Shown here one piece after another: positions 21,247 to 32,000 of a DNA stretch of 32,000 nt (position 1 is the first letter of the stretch; each line of letters starts with the position of its first letter). The stretch is from Wallemia ichthyophaga EXF-994. Its lineage: Eukaryota > Fungi > Basidiomycota. Under the pieces are notes generated by a model. That model did not search any database and was not told the DNA's origin. It saw only the letters and a list, made by a program, of their open reading frames with translations. The translations under genes and the position numbers were made by a program. The stretch spans positions 30,524 to 62,523 of the forward strand of contig NW_008806297.1 of the NCBI RefSeq assembly GCF_000400465.1, in the 5' to 3' direction.

Positions 21247-21786
21247 GTGTTTGTGAATATTTTCACAGCCAATTTCGAAACAGCTGTGATCTCTATTGAC
21301 TTTACTCTCAAGCCGGCTCTTTCCGCTTTCCGTAAATGCCTGCTTGAGCGACACACTGCTCTCTTGAGAGTAGATGCACGTAGTTTACCAGGACCAAAGT
21401 CGAAAGATGCAGAGAGAGCAATGGGTAGGATGACTTCCACACAGGCGGCCAGGATGCTCAACAAGCTTCCCCGTGGTACGCGAAGTGTGGCCACACATAT
21501 CCGCTCAGGCCACTTCCCTACTGCCAAGTCTTACCGATTCCGATTCAAACTGTCCGACTCACCACTTTGCAGCAAGTGCAATGAAGTAGACAGTATCACA
21601 AACAGGATTTTCAGATGTAGGAAGTTCGATCAAGCAGGATTATTTTTGAGGAGGAGGATATATGGACTGGGGTTAAGGTTCGAGATGAAATATATGCTTT
21701 CAAATGAAGAAGCTCTCAAATCTCTCTACGAGTTCTTCAAAAACCAGCACAGCACCCACCCGCCCGCCTCCGGTAGCTCCACGTAG
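21247..21786 (+). mobile_element. 5'-truncated relic of a non-LTR retrotransposon (LINE, Tad1-like) ORF2 C-terminus
   Basis: KLPRGTRSVATHIRSGH..RFKLSDSPLCSKCNEVDSITNRIFRC...R...MLSN....L.EFF matches the fungal LINE ORF2 C-terminal pattern (RtGH...spxCxxCxxxEtvxHxxxC). The Zn-knuckle His position is Asn (AAC at 21601-21603). No RT or endonuclease domain and no ATG before 21421. Confidence 0.75.
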
Positions 21787-22298
21787 TAAAATCCCAATTT
21801 ACGGCACACATGCCAAGAACCGCGTCCCTTTGAGTCACTACAATTGTCAGCTTTCAATGCAAAAGAAGTGTAGATACGCGAAAATTATTAATCGTTGTAA
21901 CGCTTTTGACTATATATTATGATTTCTATCTAATCGAACAAGCTGTGGATGAAAAACGAAGGAGCATTATGAAGATAGCATTGGATTTTGAGAGGTATAA
22001 GTTTCTTTTTAAGTATGCATATTCTCAAATTCCAGCCAGTTATTATTGTTTCTAGTAGAGTGTCAATAACACCCTTAAAAACATCATCATGCTATAATCA
22101 CTCGCTCACTTTTCTTTCTATCACTGGATTTGATTATCGCATAGCAGTACCTCAAATACAAGTCAGATATCCACATTTTCAACACTAATAAGTACACACT
22201 TCAACAGACTATGAAATAATAATTAATTCTTATATATGCAAATATATTACTTGAATGTCGGAATAGAAATGAAGAAAAATCGGTTCTTTTTTATTTGT

Positions 22299-25200
22299 TT
22301 AGAGTTCCTCGTCTTCAAGCAGAGCAGGCTTGATCATACCCGGTACTGCATTTCTAGCAGCTTCACGTTGTTTTCTATCCTCCTCTTGTTGCTCGAATTC
22401 TATTGCAGCAGCGCCTGGAGCATTTGCCTGATCTATCGCTGGAGCACCTGCATGATCACCTTGTAATTCTTTCAATTGGATCAAGAAGTCTCTCAAATGT
22501 AATTTGAATTTAGCAGGGTCTTCATTCAATTCGAATAATCCGGTAACGAATGATTGGATTTGTACTGGTTGCAAGTGAGGGAAGGCATTTGCTAAGAGGT
22601 TGGCTGAGTAATCTCTAACGAAAATAGCATTGCTTGTTGATGGGTCCACCTGTGCAGGATCGTAAAGTGGTGCTGAAATTGAGTTCGAGGCTACCAATCC
22701 GTATAATCTAGCCAACAAGGTTGATTGCAACTTGAATCCACTCTTATGATCCGAGTCTGTAAGAACATAGAACGAGTCTTGCAATATACTCAGGTAGTAT
22801 GTTTGGAAGAATGCATTTGCAACACCTTGATCTGTCTTCAGAACGTTGTCAATAACCTCAAGCGCCAAGTAAAGACCAGTGTCAGCAATATCACGCATAG
22901 TGTGCTTGATAGCCCATACGACGGAGTCCATTGTCAGCTTGAATTGAGATGGAGGAAGTTGTAAGAGTGCTGTGAGGTGTGTTAAAATTACGCATATCGC
23001 TTTATACCAACTTACCTGGGAAACAGTGCTTGTTGATTGCCCTCAACAAGGTAAAGAAACCAACACGATGTTCAGGGAATTCAGCAAAGTCCTGATTGAT
23101 CATGCTGAGTGTACATTCGAAGATAGCATCTAGAATTGGTGGTACTTGATCTGTAAGCAGTGGTCCAAGCTTATTCACAATTGTAGCAGTAACATTGAGA
23201 ACTTCAGCATCTCTTGCTGATGGAACGTTGCGATTATAGTCCAACAAGATGGCCTCAAGCAATGGTGGAATAAAGTTGGCAATGACAAACTCCAAATCTT
23301 CAGCCTTCTTGATGTAGGTTTCAACCAGCCTCAAAACTTCCTTTTTGATTGTTCTCAATCCTCTAACCTTTGGTGTTTTGGTAGCGATGATGCCTTCAAC
23401 AGCAACTGTCTCGCTGATAACACCACTAACAGCTTTATACAGACCAAGCATATCCATGTAGATTCTAGCAATCTGTGGAAGGTAGAAGCTGCCGATGGAC
23501 ATACATGCTGATACGTTAGTCTTGAGTACGTTTGAAAGGATCTTGATGTTTTCTGGTACTGAAAGCACATCAACATTACTTGCGGCTTGCTGCATTAGAG
23601 AGTCCCAAGCGTTGTTTGGCATATCCATAAGCTTGGCAATGAGATTCTCTTGCACAGGCTTGTTTGGTTGAGCTGAGATCATTTGTCCAATGGCCTCGTA
23701 GAAAGTGTGGACTTGTTGAGGAGCCAAGTCTATTGTGATACGATGAAGATTACGGAGAATTTCATCAATGAATGGTTCTTGTTCAGCTGATTGTTGCATC
23801 ACAAAGTGCTTTCTACACTTTTGAGCTATCTTGATAAAAGTATCGCAAGCCATATCTTGAACACCTTCATGAGTTTCGTGCATGAATTCAAATAACTTGT
23901 TGACGACAGTCTTCAAGAACTTCCAGTGAGCTTTGAGGAAGCGTGGGTATTGACCGACGATGTACATGATATCTGAAGCAACGACGGCTTTGTTGTCCTT
24001 ACCACGCTTAATCTCACATAGACCAAGAAGATCTTTGATAACTGTAACCAAGAATCTTTTCTCCGTATCCTCGTTCATCGCACCAGAAATACTACCAATT
24101 GCCCAACAAAGAGTGTTGAGATTTGACCAAGACCATTCCGAGCCATCTACCTGTTTTGCGAGCTTCTCAGTCATGATTTGTTCGGTATCATAAACGTCCA
24201 AGTGAGTCAAATAAACGAGAACACCTTTCATTTCTTTGTAAAGGAGAATGGTATCAGATTCTTTAAGGAACTCCCTAACAATTTCACCCTCGTCGTTCTC
24301 AACGATTAACACTTCTTCTGGCTTAACCATTCTTTCGATCATGACTAAACGGAGATTAGAGAGGACTTCACTGTAGATATTTTTGCGAAGATTCTGACCA
24401 CTCGCTGCACCAGCAACGTTCATATTCAAACCAAGAAGGGGGTTCATTCCAGCCATTGGCAATTGTTGCACCTCATCGTAGAGTTCCGCGACTAGGACTG
24501 TCCAGTATTCTAAAGCGATTTTGAATATTTCACGCTCTGGAACCTGAGATATTTTGACGAGGTAAAGGTGGGCGTTGAGAAGGACGTCTTTGTTTTCTGG
24601 CGTTTCAACGAGTGAGAGGTGAGATCTAAGGAAGTTTGTGAGGAAAAGTGCGAGGTTAAGGATGAGTTCTTGGTCAGAATCGTTGGAAGATTCGTATGCA
24701 CCAGCGATATCAGTTGATGGAGGGATCATTTTGTTAACAATAGTCATGACCATGTTGAACAGGATAACAAACTTGGCATCATACTCTGGAGTGACCTTAA
24801 GAGCGCCAATTTCAGCAAGACATTTGAAAGTAACGTTTCTAAAGTCTTGTACTTCCAAGAATCTAGATATAAGCATATCGATGATATTGGTTTCGAATAT
24901 GTAACCCAATGGAATCCAGTTGAGGAATTTGAGGAGAGTTTCAAGTGTGGCTTTGATAAGTGATGGCTTTACAGCTTTCTCAAGAACTTCAGAGCATAAT
25001 TGGAATATTTCTGAGAACTCTCCACACATGGAGTTTTTCAGTGCTTTTGTCTTTGCTTGAGTCATTTGCTCAGCGGAGAAATCGAATATTTCCTCAGAAA
25101 GAAGCTTAAGGATGACCATATTATTCTCGCAAAGGCTGAGATTAGATTTTGAGGATGTAACGATCTCTGGTATGAATGACGGCCAATCCTTAGGCCAGGC

Positions 25201-25827
25201 TTGTTTGAGGATCTTACAGGATGATTAGCGGGAATAAATACACGCACATTAACCACTCACCTGCACCAAAATAAGATTGAGCTTGTTGAGATACGTCTTC
25301 TCTCTACGCATCGTCATTTCATCCTCTGAAGTCTTTATGACGGCGTTTACGACAAAGTTACGGATTCCTTGCTGCTGTTCAACGGGGAGGACCTTCCACT
25401 TTGTTTGAATGAGCTTTTCCAAGATTTGTAAGCCAATGTACTTGAGGTGTTAGTGTCAGCGAGGATGGAGTATATGTGTGGCTATGAACCCACTTTAGTC
25501 TGTGGACTCGGGCTCAATTCGAGTATCGCAGGCACTCTTTGCCACGAGTCTGGATGATCCTGTTTGATAGGGGTAAGCTGTGAAGGCTTGAATCGCATCA
25601 AACTAACTTGAAATTGCGTGAGTACGCGCTGTGCCATTTGTTGCTACGTCTTGTAAGCGTTTGTCGCAAACTCCAACCAAAATCTCACCTCCTGGCCTGC
25701 ACCGGCAAAGAACGCAGCAACAACACGATCTAGCAATCCAACGTCGATATCTTGACTAAAATCAAGAATTGACTTGTAATTCTCATCAGTTTTGGCTTAT
25801 TTCCATTTTCAGTGAACTCACGTCCAT
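22299..25827 (-). CDS. CRM1: Exportin-1 (6-nt first exon ATGGAC; 6 introns)
   Basis: MDSILDFSQDIDVGLLDRVV.., QFQDHPDSWQRVPAILE, MVKPEEVLIVENDEGEIVRE, KDLLGLCEIKRGKDNKAVVAS, FLKAHWKFLKTVVNKLFEFMHE, C-terminal VPGMIKP. Confidence 0.98.
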
Positions 25828-25918
25828 CTCTCTCTTGAGCGCAGGAAATAAAGCAGTGATTCTACACGCGTATAAGCCTAAACGGAAAATATAAGTAATT
25901 ACAAAAAAATAATTAACT

Positions 25919-27509
25919 CTACTCTTCAACTACCTCCTCCTCGTAATACTCTTCGTCGTAGTCCTCAGCTCCCGCGTTTTCGTATTGTTGATACTCGGCA
26001 ATCAGATCCATCAAGTTTGACTCAGCTTCTGTGAATTCCATTTCATCCATTCCTGTGTATGGATTGTTAGCTAGTTACTATATATACGCATCCCCACTCA
26101 CCTTCTCCCGTGTACCAGTGCAAGTACGCTCTTCTCTTCAACATGGCACTAAACATTGTGGCGTTTCTATGGAATAGATCTTGAACCGATGTTGTATTGG
26201 CGATGAATGTACCTCCGGTCTTGGAATCTATTGGTGATACGCTGCAGTGTGAAGTGAGAACCTGTATTTTGTTAGTTGTGTCACCTTATCTATAACCACA
26301 TCAAACCCACGTTATGTGGAATCCACTCAACAAATTGATCTGCATTCTTAGCTTGATATGCCATTATAGTGTCCTCGATATCGCGCATACCCATTGGTCC
26401 TTGGTAGAGTGCTGCTGCTGTCATATATCTACCGTACTTTGGTATTTGAGCAAGCATATTGTTGCTGTCAAATAAGCTAGCGGTGAGATCCTGAATGTTA
26501 GTTGACTGGTAGGATCTGTTCCTAACGCTCGATAATGGAGCAATTGCTGTGCACAAAAAGTGTAATCTTGGGAAAGGTATCATGTTCACGGCGAGCTTTC
26601 TTAAATCGGAGTTGAGCTGAGATGGGAATCTCAATGATGTTGAAACACCTGCCATTGCTCTAGCAATCAGACCGTTAAGGCTGTCGTAGTTTGGTGAATC
26701 AGTTTTAAGTGTGTTCTGGCAAATTCTGTATAGCGCCTCGTTGTCCAACATGAAAGTCAAGTCTGAGTTTTCAATTAACTGATTTGTTGCAAGTACTGCG
26801 TTGTATGGCTCAACCACAGTGTCTGATACCTTTGGGGATGGGATGATAGAGAATGTGGACATCATACGATCGGGGAACTCCTCACGAAGCTTGCTCATGA
26901 GCAGAGTACCTAAACCAGAACCTGTACCACCGCCAAGGGAATGATTAAGCTGGAATCCCTGTAGACAGTCTGTGTTCTCTGCTTCACGACGCGTAATATC
27001 GAGAATCTGATCGACGAGTTCAGCACCCTCTGTGTAGTAACCTTTACCGAAGTTATTTCCAGCGCCAGATTGTCCGTTAACGAAGCTATTTGGGGAGAAG
27101 AGGCCACCGATGTTGGAGTGCCTGAGGACCTGGAATGTTAACTAAGCGGGGTGCTATACGGGACAGAGGCAACGAACCTCCATAGTATTAGGCTCTAGAT
27201 CCACGTTAACGCTTCTTGGAACGTAGCGCGTCTTGCCATCATGTGCAACCTCGTTGAAATAGACGTTCAGTCTCTCAGTCTGTATATCTGTAGTATCTGG
27301 CTTGAGGTGGCCATCTTCGGTGAGGCCATGCTCGATAAGGAGCGTCTCCCAGAACGATCTGCTAACTTGGTTACCTGCGCTGTGTGAGAGGTGTGTGCGC
27401 GTACATGTGCTGTGTACAACTCACCTGCTTGTCCAGCCTGTGGAAGTTAGTGGCGCGTAAATAAGACTACAAATCTACTCACAGATATATTGATCAATTC
27501 ACGTGGCAT
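25919..27509 (-). CDS. TUB2: Divergent beta-tubulin (basidiomycete beta-2-type paralog); 5 introns, 13-nt micro-exon at 27425-27437
   Basis: Spliced N-terminus [17 protein letters not shown]; GGGTGSG; [14 protein letters not shown]; [15 protein letters not shown]; [25 protein letters not shown] (beta-type Lys in the T7 loop); [19 protein letters not shown]; acidic tail. Confidence 0.93.
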
Positions 27510-27590
27510 TTCCTTTGTTTTGCTTGATTTATGGGTGTTGGGAAGCGGGAGCACGCGTCAATCCACACATGTTGGATATCAAATCAAAAC

Positions 27591-29276
27591 TTAACAAACA
27601 TTTATCTTTCTGTCTAAATATCTTATCATTTCTGGTTTGAGCTGGCTTATATCTGTAGCACCGAGCAAACGAAGCCCCGTTGCCAATTCTTCTTCTAGAA
27701 CTGCTTCATGTGTTAGCTGTATTTTTACGCGTCGTCAAACTTACTCTGCACCGCTCTCACTACACCCTGCTCTCCATATGCACTTTGTGCGTACAGGAAT
27801 GGTCTCCCTAAACCAACTCCTTTAGCTCCCAAACAAAGCGCCTTGAGAACGTCTGTCCCGCGTCTTACTCCACCATCTACATACACCTCCAGCTCATCGA
27901 AGACTTCTGGCGCCTCCTCGCGTATCTCCCTCAGTACATCCACCGAAGCAGGCGCGAAATTGAGCTGTCTGCCGCCGTGATTGGATAGCACTATAGCCTT
28001 GACACCAGACTTGGCTGCGAGTTTAGCATCTTGGACCGACTGCACGCCCTTGATGATGATCGGGAGGTCTGTGACTGATTTCAGCCACTCGACATCCTTC
28101 CAGGACAGATCTGCTGCCTGATAGCCACTGATTGCCTGTGCCACTCCCTTCGTACCTCCGTCCTCGTCGTCGAAGTCGCCCTTGGCGCGCAGATCTCTCT
28201 CGCGCTTTCCCGGTACTGGAGCGTCGACGGTGAACATGATTCCATTCAGCTTGAGCTGTTCCACCTTGCGTACTATTTCCAAGCTCTTCTGCCTATCCCA
28301 ATTGAGGTAGAGCTGGAAGATAAGTGGTTGGCCCTCGCTCCTCGCGTCGCACATTTCCTCCAGAGTGCAGCTAGCGTTGCTGGAGATGCCCTGGACGATA
28401 CCGGTCTGCGCAGCGCCCTTGGTGAGGTTAATTTCGCCTAGCGGGTGACCGAGTCGGGCCATCGCTGCTGGACTGATGAAGATAGGCAGTGCACTCTTCG
28501 CGCCCATCACCACAGTACTGAGGTCGATCGAGGAGATGTCGACGAGCACACGCGGCCTGAACCAGTACCGCTTCCACGCATCGACATTCTCCCGCAGCGT
28601 GTTCTCGTCGTCCCCCGCACTCGAGTAGTATGCGTACGCCGTATTGGGCAATATCTGTGTAGCGAGCTTCTCGAAATCCTCCAGAGACACCATCGCGCCG
28701 AGAGGCGGGAGGTGCTCTCTAGCCGCGCGTATCCTGCGTTGCTCGTCATTCTCCTCGTCCTCAATCTCGGGCAGACTCGTTGGATCGACAGCGCCGAGAT
28801 GGCATTCCGGGGCCAAATTGTTCTCTATAGTTCCCTTTGGATGTATGGGCGCGTAGAGCTGTGTAGCGTCTTTGCCTGAGTTTTTCACTATCACTTTGGC
28901 TCCACCCGGATGTGAAGCAAGGAAATCAGTTACGCTGGGGAAATGTGAGTGAAATATCGAGAATCCGCACGCTATCCACCCACTCATATACCTGTCCATC
29001 GATAATCACCCAGCACGATTCTGCGCTGTTGTGCTTCTCGATCTCCTCGTACGCTATGTAGCGCGCTTTGGCGGGGTTTGCGAGTGATATGGCCTCTTGG
29101 GGAATATTCTGGGCGTCTGAATCCAGCGACAGCTTCGATGCTGTCACGGCGAATGTGAATGCCAGTCCTGCGCTGCATAACAGGCCGTATCTAATCGGCG
29201 GTGGGCGTGCTGTACTGATACGCCTGATTGCCGGGCGTAGGAGTTGTTTAGTCGCTGCTGCTCTATTCATCATCAT
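27591..29276 (-). CDS. CYB2: Mitochondrial flavocytochrome b2 (L-2-hydroxy-acid dehydrogenase; L-lactate or L-mandelate), 2 introns
   Basis: Bipartite presequence (Arg-rich plus hydrophobic segment), cytochrome b5 domain (HPGG), FMN domain with FQLY, TVDAP, IIKGVQ, SNHGGRQ, DGGVRRGTDVLKAL. Last exon ends KINVC* at 27591. Confidence 0.95.
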
Positions 29277-29451
29277 CGTTGGTTGGCTACGCGGTGCCTC
29301 TACCGATCTGAAATCATGTCGATGATGTCGATGCGATTATCGCGGACCGGAATCCGCTGGCGAATGAGGGAGCAGCTATTGAGCAGCCAAAAGCAAATCC
29401 TGAAAATTGCATTGGAATTCTCTCGCATTCTCCCCTTCTTACCAAACGCCC

Positions 29452-30180
29452 ATGTCGAATAAGTTGCGTTTGGTGGCGTTGCCGATCAAGGCAACAACAG
29501 CGACAACGGCCACGCCGCAAATCACGCTTCTCTCCCAGCCGCCTACTGTGGCGCTGCAGGAGAACTACCTCACCAAGACGATCAACTGGTGCGATAGGCA
29601 GTGGAACAAGCTGAGTGATTCGGCAGACGGTCACTGGAAGAAGCGCGTGTGGAATGGTGGCGAGAGCGTAATGGATAGAGTGCCATACACGGAATGGGCG
29701 CTAAAACACATAGAGCCTGGCCAGAGCGTGGCCCCTAACAGCACCCACAAACTGGACATCCTCTACCCCAAATCGGTGATATCAGACAAAGACCTGCTCA
29801 ACATGGTCAAAGCGAGTTTTATCAGCAGAGCCGCTAGACATCGCAGATCCATGTGGATAGCCCTCTTCATCGCTCCAATCACCCTCCCCGTTGCTATCAT
29901 ACCCGTAGTGCCGAATCTCCCGCTTTTCTATGTCCTCTGGAGAGCCTGGTCGCATTGGCGAGCTCATCGCGGAGCTGTCTATTTGGGCAGACTACTCGCT
30001 AACAACCAACTCAACCCGCGTGAGTCGGACGAGCTGGATCGGTTCATATCAACCCACCCCAATCTCACTACTAAGGATATCAACACCCTTTCGAAAATAC
30101 TCAAACTCCCGCCGCAAGCAACCCTCGAAGCCCATAGAGCAGTGAAGCAGATCGATAGCGATAGCAAGAGGCAAGAGTAG
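29452..30180 (+). CDS. Mitochondrial K+/H+-exchange-related protein (Mit_KHE1 / yeast YDL183C-like)
   Basis: ATG at 29452 (MSNKLRLVALPI..). Motifs W.KL.....WKKRV...GE.VMDRVPYTEWALK, LYP, H...MW......PITLPVAIIPVVPNLP.FYVLWRAWSHWRA..GA.YL. Confidence 0.85.
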   Translation: MSNKLRLVALPIKATTATTATPQITLLSQPPTVALQENYLTKTINWCDRQWNKLSDSADGHWKKRVWNGGESVMDRVPYTEWALKHIEPGQSVAPNSTHKLDILYPKSVISDKDLLNMVKASFISRAARHRRSMWIALFIAPITLPVAIIPVVPNLPLFYVLWRAWSHWRAHRGAVYLGRLLANNQLNPRESDELDRFISTHPNLTTKDINTLSKILKLPPQATLEAHRAVKQIDSDSKRQE

Positions 30181-30300
30181 ACGATAATTTATGAATGACG
30201 TTATTTGCATTGGTATATCATGGTAGTCCATGTGATAGTTATAGTTACAGTGTTTGTGATATTTATAGTGATAGTGTCAGTGGTAGTGTCAGACAGTGTC

Positions 30301-31952
30301 TTATACTACCTCCATCCAACCCAGCTCCACACATCTAAATAGAGCGTCTTTGTTGAACTGCGCTGCATTGTAACCCACTATTTCTGCCCAGTTGATGGGC
30401 ATCTTCTCGCGCTTTTTGCTTGCCTTCCACTTACCCGCATCCTTGACTCCCTGCCAGAGAAGAAATACGCGTCCTGTTATTTCGGGCGTTGGTCGAATTG
30501 CAAGCGATGCAGCTGGTTCGTAGAAGTCTGGTGTTGTGTGTTTAGTGGATGCGGTTGAGTATGACTGTGTCTCACCTTGGGGTAGGAATCTAAAAGCGAT
30601 GTGTGGATATCTAAGTAAATGTGGGCTGTTGTGTGTTAGAGTGTGTGTTTAATAAAGGCTTCTCCCCACGCACACTATATCAGCCATGAAGCTGGTTCTC
30701 ACCAGCGGATTAATCTGGAATTGCTCATTGAGTATCTTGTCCAATCTAGTCGCAAAGTCTTTTGTAGGGACGAGAACGCCGTTGTAGTCCACCAGATCTG
30801 GATTCGCAGGGTCGAATGGTGTCTTGTCATCCGGCGACAGACGTGCAGTGCCAGGTTCAGGACTGTAATTGAGATTGAGTTTTGAATGAGAGGAACACAC
30901 AACCCCACTCACACAGCCTCCCAAGACAATCCAGCAGTCTTGCTTCCGCTAACCACATCCTCAACTACGCCTCCAGGTCCAACACGCAGGAAAAACCCAA
31001 CTGTCTGCTTCCCGTTCTCTTTCTTGATTTCCGAGGTGGGCCATGTCGACACACACTTCCACGAGCTGGCGAGGCAAATCTCCAAAGTCAGGAACTGCTC
31101 TATGGGCGAGAAGAGCTGTATGAATGGCTTGCTGGAACAGGAGCGCATTTGAACTGTCTTGACTTGACCACTAGCGCTTGTAAGGTTGGAGAAGTTGAGG
31201 CCTGGTTGGATGTGAGATTGTCTTGGTTATTGGGTGTGTATGAAAATTTTACACACCCGACTCTATCTCTTTCCCGTGGAAGTTAATCCTGCCTTCCGCA
31301 TCTGTCTTTGATTTGATAGTGAGCTGGCCCAGGAAATTACCGGCGATGGTCTGTCCACCCTGGCTTTGCGACCAGTCCATGTTAACCTGCGGGGTGAGTA
31401 GGGCAGCTTGTGCGTGTACGGACACACCTCCGGTAAAGCCTTTGTGTTCAATCTGAACATTTTCCCTTTGGCATTCTCAACAGTGATACCGATCTGAGTC
31501 CGCGGTCAGCCACTCAACAGTCTCTCCACGGCCAACTCCACTCACAGGCACAGGCTCGGGAGGCGGCGGTGGTGCTTCTATCCGACAGAAGCGGGGAGTC
31601 AATCGATCGCGCAGAGCAGACAGACACCACTTACTCTCCTCGGCGACGTGCGTATCTTTAGTAGCATAGACCTGGATCTCGGTGCGCAAAACGCTCTGTG
31701 TCGGCTGTCAGTGGGGGTGTCACGGAGAAGCCTCAGTCGAACCTTGCCCATTTTCACTACCTGATACACAGCGTCGTCGCCCAGTATGATAAGGTCGCCC
31801 TGCGCCGTGTTTGCGAGGTACCCGGGCGCCTCTTTCTTCTGCACGTGGCTAAGATACGAGTGGATTGTTCGGAGCGGGCTCACCTTTACGCCCAATCTGA
31901 AAACAAGGTTGTTGGGTATACACCATCGCTCTCCCGCCGATGCCATCGCTTC
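30301..31952 (-). CDS. 5'-partial protein with degenerate ubiquitin-like domain(s) fused to an uncharacterised 'KPVIYLY'-type C-terminal domain (9 exons, at least 417 aa)
   Basis: Exons 31952-31743, 31695-31635, 31577-31546, 31493-31428, 31386-31257, 31201-30913, 30862-30674, 30625-30576 and 30527-30301 join in phase through eight GT-AG introns of 41-57 nt. A branch/acceptor (ctaac..cacag) at 31953 indicates a further upstream exon. Confidence 0.8.
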
Positions 31953-32000
31953 CTGTGGGCCGTTAGTCGTTCTCCTGTGTTTGGCGCATAGCCCACTGAG

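Noticed and set aside
21200-21900. Target-site duplication or poly(A) tail for the LINE relic
   Set aside because: Only a 7-nt tttgagt match (about 21221 and 21829) without correct boundaries; no tail found.
21900-22190. Intron-like segment (gtataag..ttccag, about 41 nt) and a 66-aa ORF after the LINE relic
   Set aside because: Splicing yields only a short peptide ending in a stop; no family is recognisable.
27510-27590. CYB2-tubulin spacer is 81 nt (in frame), raising a readthrough fusion
   Set aside because: Contains an in-frame TGA (plus-strand tca at 27558-27560).

Overview
Gene-dense fungal genomic DNA with short GT-AG introns (41-65 nt where I could reconstruct them) and intergenic gaps as small as 48 nt. 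The gene content (basidiomycete-type beta-2 tubulin, AA9 LPMO) and compactness suggest a basidiomycete such as Wallemia; this is inference, not confirmed. Genes in order: tail of a Q/N/P-rich protein, Pib2-like FYVE protein, Ssh4/Ear1-like SPRY adaptor, disordered motif protein, SRPK/Sky1, Rvs167 (N-BAR+SH3), Sec20, small orphan, BTB-like protein, kynurenine 3-monooxygenase, Hsp90, AA9 LPMO, a gene-poor ~3.3 kb stretch (tRNA-Lys(CUU) plus a LINE 3' relic), Crm1, divergent beta-tubulin, flavocytochrome b2, mitochondrial K+/H+-exchange-related protein, and a 5'-partial ubiquitin-like fusion protein. Most genes are housekeeping and I see no unambiguous multi-gene novel system. Best leads: the degenerate ubiquitin-like / 'KPVIYLY'-type domain fusion lacking di-Gly, the beta-tubulin paralog with Leu at position 198, the LINE relic just upstream of a tRNA gene, the in-frame 48-nt His7 spacer between SEC20 and RVS167, and a perfect HSE in the shared BNA4/HSP90 promoter. 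No CRISPR or rRNA seen.
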